The translations under genes and the position numbers were made by a program. A DNA stretch of 64,000 nt, from NCBI GenBank assembly GCA_963804995.1, contig CAWDSK010000005.1:96001-160000 (forward strand), given 5' to 3'. This document shows positions 60,713 to 64,000 of this stretch, piece after piece; within the stretch, counting starts at the first letter, position 1, and every line of letters starts with the position of its first letter. The notes under the pieces are model-generated. The model had not been told where the DNA came from. It saw only the letters and a program-made list of their open reading frames with translations, and searched no databases. Source of the stretch: an uncultured Acidobacteriota bacterium. GTDB taxonomy: Bacteria; Acidobacteriota; Terriglobia; UBA7540.

Positions 60713-63502
60713 CTAGTAAATCTCAAACCGTTCCTGGTGGACGGAGGGATCGCTCTTGATGATGATATCTTTCTTGGTGAGCGATTCGAGTTCGGAGACG
60801 AGGCTCCCCTCGCGCGATTTAAGCGCCTTGGCCACTTCCGGATTGACGCGCAAGGTAAGCACGTCGCCGTCGATTCCCTTCGCCATTTTGCGGGCTTCCG
60901 CCAGGATCTCGTTGCAGACGGTATTGACGGACTTGATCCAGCCGGAACCACTGCAATAATTGCAGGGCTCGCAGAGCGTGCGTTCCAGCGATTGCTTGAC
61001 GCGCTTGCGGGTGACGGCTACCAGACCAAAATCGTGGAAGGAGATGACCTTGGTGGGCGCGCGGTCGGAGCGCAGGGCCTCTTCCAGCGCCTGCACCACC
61101 TTGGCGCGATTCTTGCGCTCGTCCATATCGATGAAGTCGATCACAATGATGCCACCCAGGTCTCGCAAGCGCACCTGTCGCACGATCTCGTTGACCGCAT
61201 CAACATTGGTCTTGACGATGGTGTCTTCCAGGCGATTAGTTTTGCCCACGTACTTGCCGGTGTTGACGTCCACGGCCACCAGCGCCTCCGTCTGGTTGAT
61301 CACGATGTAGCCACCGGACTTGAGCCAGACCTTGGGCTTGAGCGCCTTCTCCAATTCCGTCTGAATTCCGAACTCTTCGAACAGCGGCGTATCCCGGGTG
61401 TAGAGCTTGACCTTGCCAATCAGCGCCGGCTGGCAGCGATTCACGAAATCCAGCACGCGCTCGTAGTCGATTTCACTGTCCACACGCACCGACTTGAAAT
61501 CGGGAGTCAGCAGGTCGCGCAGCAGGCGTTGGACCAGGTCGAGGTCGCGATGCAGCAGCGCCGGCGCCTTCAGGCGTTCCGATTTGGACCGGATTTCGTT
61601 CCAGAGCGTACCGAGGAACTTCAGGTCGGCCTTGAATTCATCTTCGGAACGGCCTTGCCCGGCGGTGCGGACAATGAAGCCTCCCGTGAGCGGGCCTTTG
61701 TTTTCCAGGATGATGTTGCGCAGCCGCAGCCGTTCTTCCTCCGTGGAGATTTTGCGCGAGACGCCGATGTGGTCGATGGTCGGCATGTAGACAAGGTAGC
61801 GTCCCGGAAGCGCAACGTGCGATGTGATGCGCGCGCCCTTCGTGCCCAGAGGCTCCTTGGCAATCTGCACCACGATTTCCTGGCCTTCCTTGAGGAGTTC
61901 AGAAATCTGCACGGGCTGATGGTTTCCCGGGCGCGAAGGTTCCGGGCGATTCTCGGGACGGCGCTGGCCGCCACCCGCGGGGCCACCGCCCCCGGGACCG
62001 CCGCGCCGGCCGCGCCGGCGGCGTGGGGCGAAGCGCGGTCGCTGGTGGGGCTCACGCAAAGTGTAGGTACGATCGCCAGAGGCGGCAGGGGCCTCGCCAG
62101 TCGTAGGTCCACCGGGCGCAGTTTCGTGCGTTACGGGCGACTCTCCGGCTCCAGCAAACGGCTGAGCCTCCGCGGGAAAATCTCCTTCAGCTCCCGCTCC
62201 CATTTCCTCTGCGCCCTCCTGAGCCTCATACTGACCCGCCTCAGCTTCAACGTCACCAGACTCCGCGGCGTATGGCTCAGCTTGAGGCGCGCCCTCGGGA
62301 GTGGCCTCGTAAGGTGTCTCACCCGTGCTCCCGGTCTCAGTTTCTTCAACCGGGGGATAAGGTGGAGAGAATTCGGCCACCGGCGTCGGCTCCAGCGTGT
62401 GCACCGGGGGTTCAAGCGAGGATTGTGGCGCCGATGCTGGTTCCTGCTGGGGCACTTCGGATGATAGAACCTCCGCAACCACGGGTGCCTCTGGGAACGC
62501 GGCGGTGTCCTCCACGGGAGGAGCTGTCGCGGAATCGATCGGACTGACCGCAAATGCTGCGGTAGGCTCGGCGACCACCGCGTAGGACTCAGCGGCAACC
62601 GGCTCTGGCCCGGGTTCATAACCACTCGTCGCTACGGCAGCTTCCGCGGGGACAGGTTCTTGGACAGGCACGTCCGTCGTAGCGGCGACCCCCTCTGCGG
62701 TAACTTCCTCGCTGCCTGCAGGTGTAAATCTCTCGCCTTCGAGGGGTTCAGGGGTCTGCGCTACGAATTCCTCGAGAGGGGCGCCCTCCGAAGGTCCTGT
62801 TTCGAATCCTTCAGAGGCTGCTGGTTGGGCATGGCGGTACTTGGCCAAGGACTCACCGGGCAGAATCTCGAAAGTGTGCGGGGTTTCAGCGGCTTGCGGT
62901 GGCGGCGTAAACTTGCGCTCGGGAAAACGGTTTTCACTGAAGCCCGGACGGCCCCGATGGCGGCGACGGCGACCCCGCCGCTGGTCAAAGGGTTGCCGGT
63001 CGCGGGAATCACCCCTGGGAGCAGGTGGCGCAGGCGGTCCCGGTGCCGCAGCGGGAGGAATCTCTTGTACGGGTGCAGGCATCGGCGGCGCGACAGCCCT
63101 TATGGTCTCCCTGACTGGCGGCGTGACAACTTCCACCGGTGGAGGCGGAGTGGGTTCCGTTATCACTGGCAGGCCGGGCGCCTCTGCCGGGGTACTGGCT
63201 TGGCTTTCCTGCGTCGTCAGCTTGGTAGCGCGAGCTTCCGCTTCCTCGAAGACCTTGTCGTACTCTTCCTGGTCCTCGTAGAAAAAGTCGGTCACGTAAA
63301 GGAAGGCATCACGGTCGAGGCCGATATCCACGAACGCGGACTGCATGCCGGGCAGCACGCGGCTGACCCGACCCTTGTAAATGCCACCCACCAAGCCCAC
63401 ATCGGTATCCCGTTCAAAGTGGACCTCAACTAGTTGGTCGTCTTCCAACACGGCGACCTTCGTCTCGTGGGGAGACGAGGCTATGTACATCTCCTTGGGC
63501 AT
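60713..63502 (-). CDS. rne: Ribonuclease E/G family protein with a long disordered insertion
   Basis: IYKGRVSRVLPGMQSAFVDIG; VQIAKEPLGTKGARIT; VDVNTG; LRDLGGIIVIDFIDM; CNYCSGSG. Confidence 0.93.
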   Translation of the reverse strand: MPKEMYIASSPHETKVAVLEDDQLVEVHFERDTDVGLVGGIYKGRVSRVLPGMQSAFVDIGLDRDAFLYVTDFFYEDQEEYDKVFEEAEARATKLTTQESQASTPAEAPGLPVITEPTPPPPVEVVTPPVRETIRAVAPPMPAPVQEIPPAAAPGPPAPPAPRGDSRDRQPFDQRRGRRRRHRGRPGFSENRFPERKFTPPPQAAETPHTFEILPGESLAKYRHAQPAASEGFETGPSEGAPLEEFVAQTPEPLEGERFTPAGSEEVTAEGVAATTDVPVQEPVPAEAAVATSGYEPGPEPVAAESYAVVAEPTAAFAVSPIDSATAPPVEDTAAFPEAPVVAEVLSSEVPQQEPASAPQSSLEPPVHTLEPTPVAEFSPPYPPVEETETGSTGETPYEATPEGAPQAEPYAAESGDVEAEAGQYEAQEGAEEMGAGAEGDFPAEAQPFAGAGESPVTHETAPGGPTTGEAPAASGDRTYTLREPHQRPRFAPRRRRGRRGGPGGGGPAGGGQRRPENRPEPSRPGNHQPVQISELLKEGQEIVVQIAKEPLGTKGARITSHVALPGRYLVYMPTIDHIGVSRKISTEEERLRLRNIILENKGPLTGGFIVRTAGQGRSEDEFKADLKFLGTLWNEIRSKSERLKAPALLHRDLDLVQRLLRDLLTPDFKSVRVDSEIDYERVLDFVNRCQPALIGKVKLYTRDTPLFEEFGIQTELEKALKPKVWLKSGGYIVINQTEALVAVDVNTGKYVGKTNRLEDTIVKTNVDAVNEIVRQVRLRDLGGIIVIDFIDMDERKNRAKVVQALEEALRSDRAPTKVISFHDFGLVAVTRKRVKQSLERTLCEPCNYCSGSGWIKSVNTVCNEILAEARKMAKGIDGDVLTLRVNPEVAKALKSREGSLVSELESLTKKDIIIKSDPSVHQERFEIY

Positions 63503-63780
63503 GGAAACTCCTTTTTCCCGAACGCCGGGGAATCAACCCGTCATGGCGGGGATCAACCTCTCGCGTCCGGACCAGCCGAGCGTCCGAAGGTAACGAATCA
63601 CTAAGGCGCCGACCGGATAAAGATTATTCAGGTGGTCCGAAGCCCGCGCCTTCAGACACGAACTTTCTGATTCCACCTGCTCGGCGATTCGCGGACCAAG
63701 ACTGGCCAGTGAACCGCTTTCGTAACAGGGCCGCCTGACCAGGAGATGCGGCCCCTGGTCCCGCGGCTAAAGGGCTGCGC

Positions 63781-64000
63781 TCAATTCACAAATCGCCTCG
63801 CCCTCACACTCATGGCCAGCCCCAAGCCCAGGAAGGTGAAGAGCAAGGATGAGCCGCCCTGACTCATGAGCGGCAAGGGGATGCCGGTGATCGGGAACAC
63901 CCCGATCATCATCCCGGTGTTGATGACAACTTGGAAAAACAAAACCGACGCCAAGCCTACCAGCAGGAAGACTCCTGCCCGGTCGGCCGCCATCTGCGAT
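63781..64000 (-). CDS. rodA: SEDS protein RodA, 3' part (runs off the window)
   Basis: INTGMMIGVFPITGIPLPLMSQGGSS; upstream of rne. Confidence 0.85.
   Translation of the reverse strand, partial: SQMAADRAGVFLLVGLASVLFFQVVINTGMMIGVFPITGIPLPLMSQGGSSLLFTFLGLGLAMSVRARRFVN

Overview
GC-rich bacterial chromosomal window; gene content and repeat style suggest Acidobacteriota/Terriglobia (inference). Housekeeping genes include mreBCD, xerC-trmFO, an M20 peptidase with an OPT transporter, an MrfAB-like helicase/exonuclease pair, a fused 2-oxoacid dehydrogenase E1, dtd, rne and a partial rodA. An accessory zone at about 14-40 kb holds two intact IS elements with target duplications (IS6-like and IS1595), two MITEs nested inside REP palindromes, several type II toxin-antitoxin modules separated by a shared repeat, decayed Fic, TIR and antitoxin genes, and an orphan phage-type repressor/cro switch. 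The most unusual signals are: (1) a roughly 60-nt non-coding element in 7 copies with an invariant 16-nt spacer and a sigma28-like CCGATAA box, five of them clustered beside a ThiH/HydG-like radical SAM-hemerythrin fusion gene; (2) a repeat-cassette-repeat array of TA genes; (3) an apparent inversion of at least 59 kb separating mreBCD from rodA-rne. Frameshifts in five genes mostly sit at TCGA-containing sites and are probably sequencing artefacts. No tRNA, rRNA or CRISPR array was recognised. All family assignments are by eye, with no database searches.
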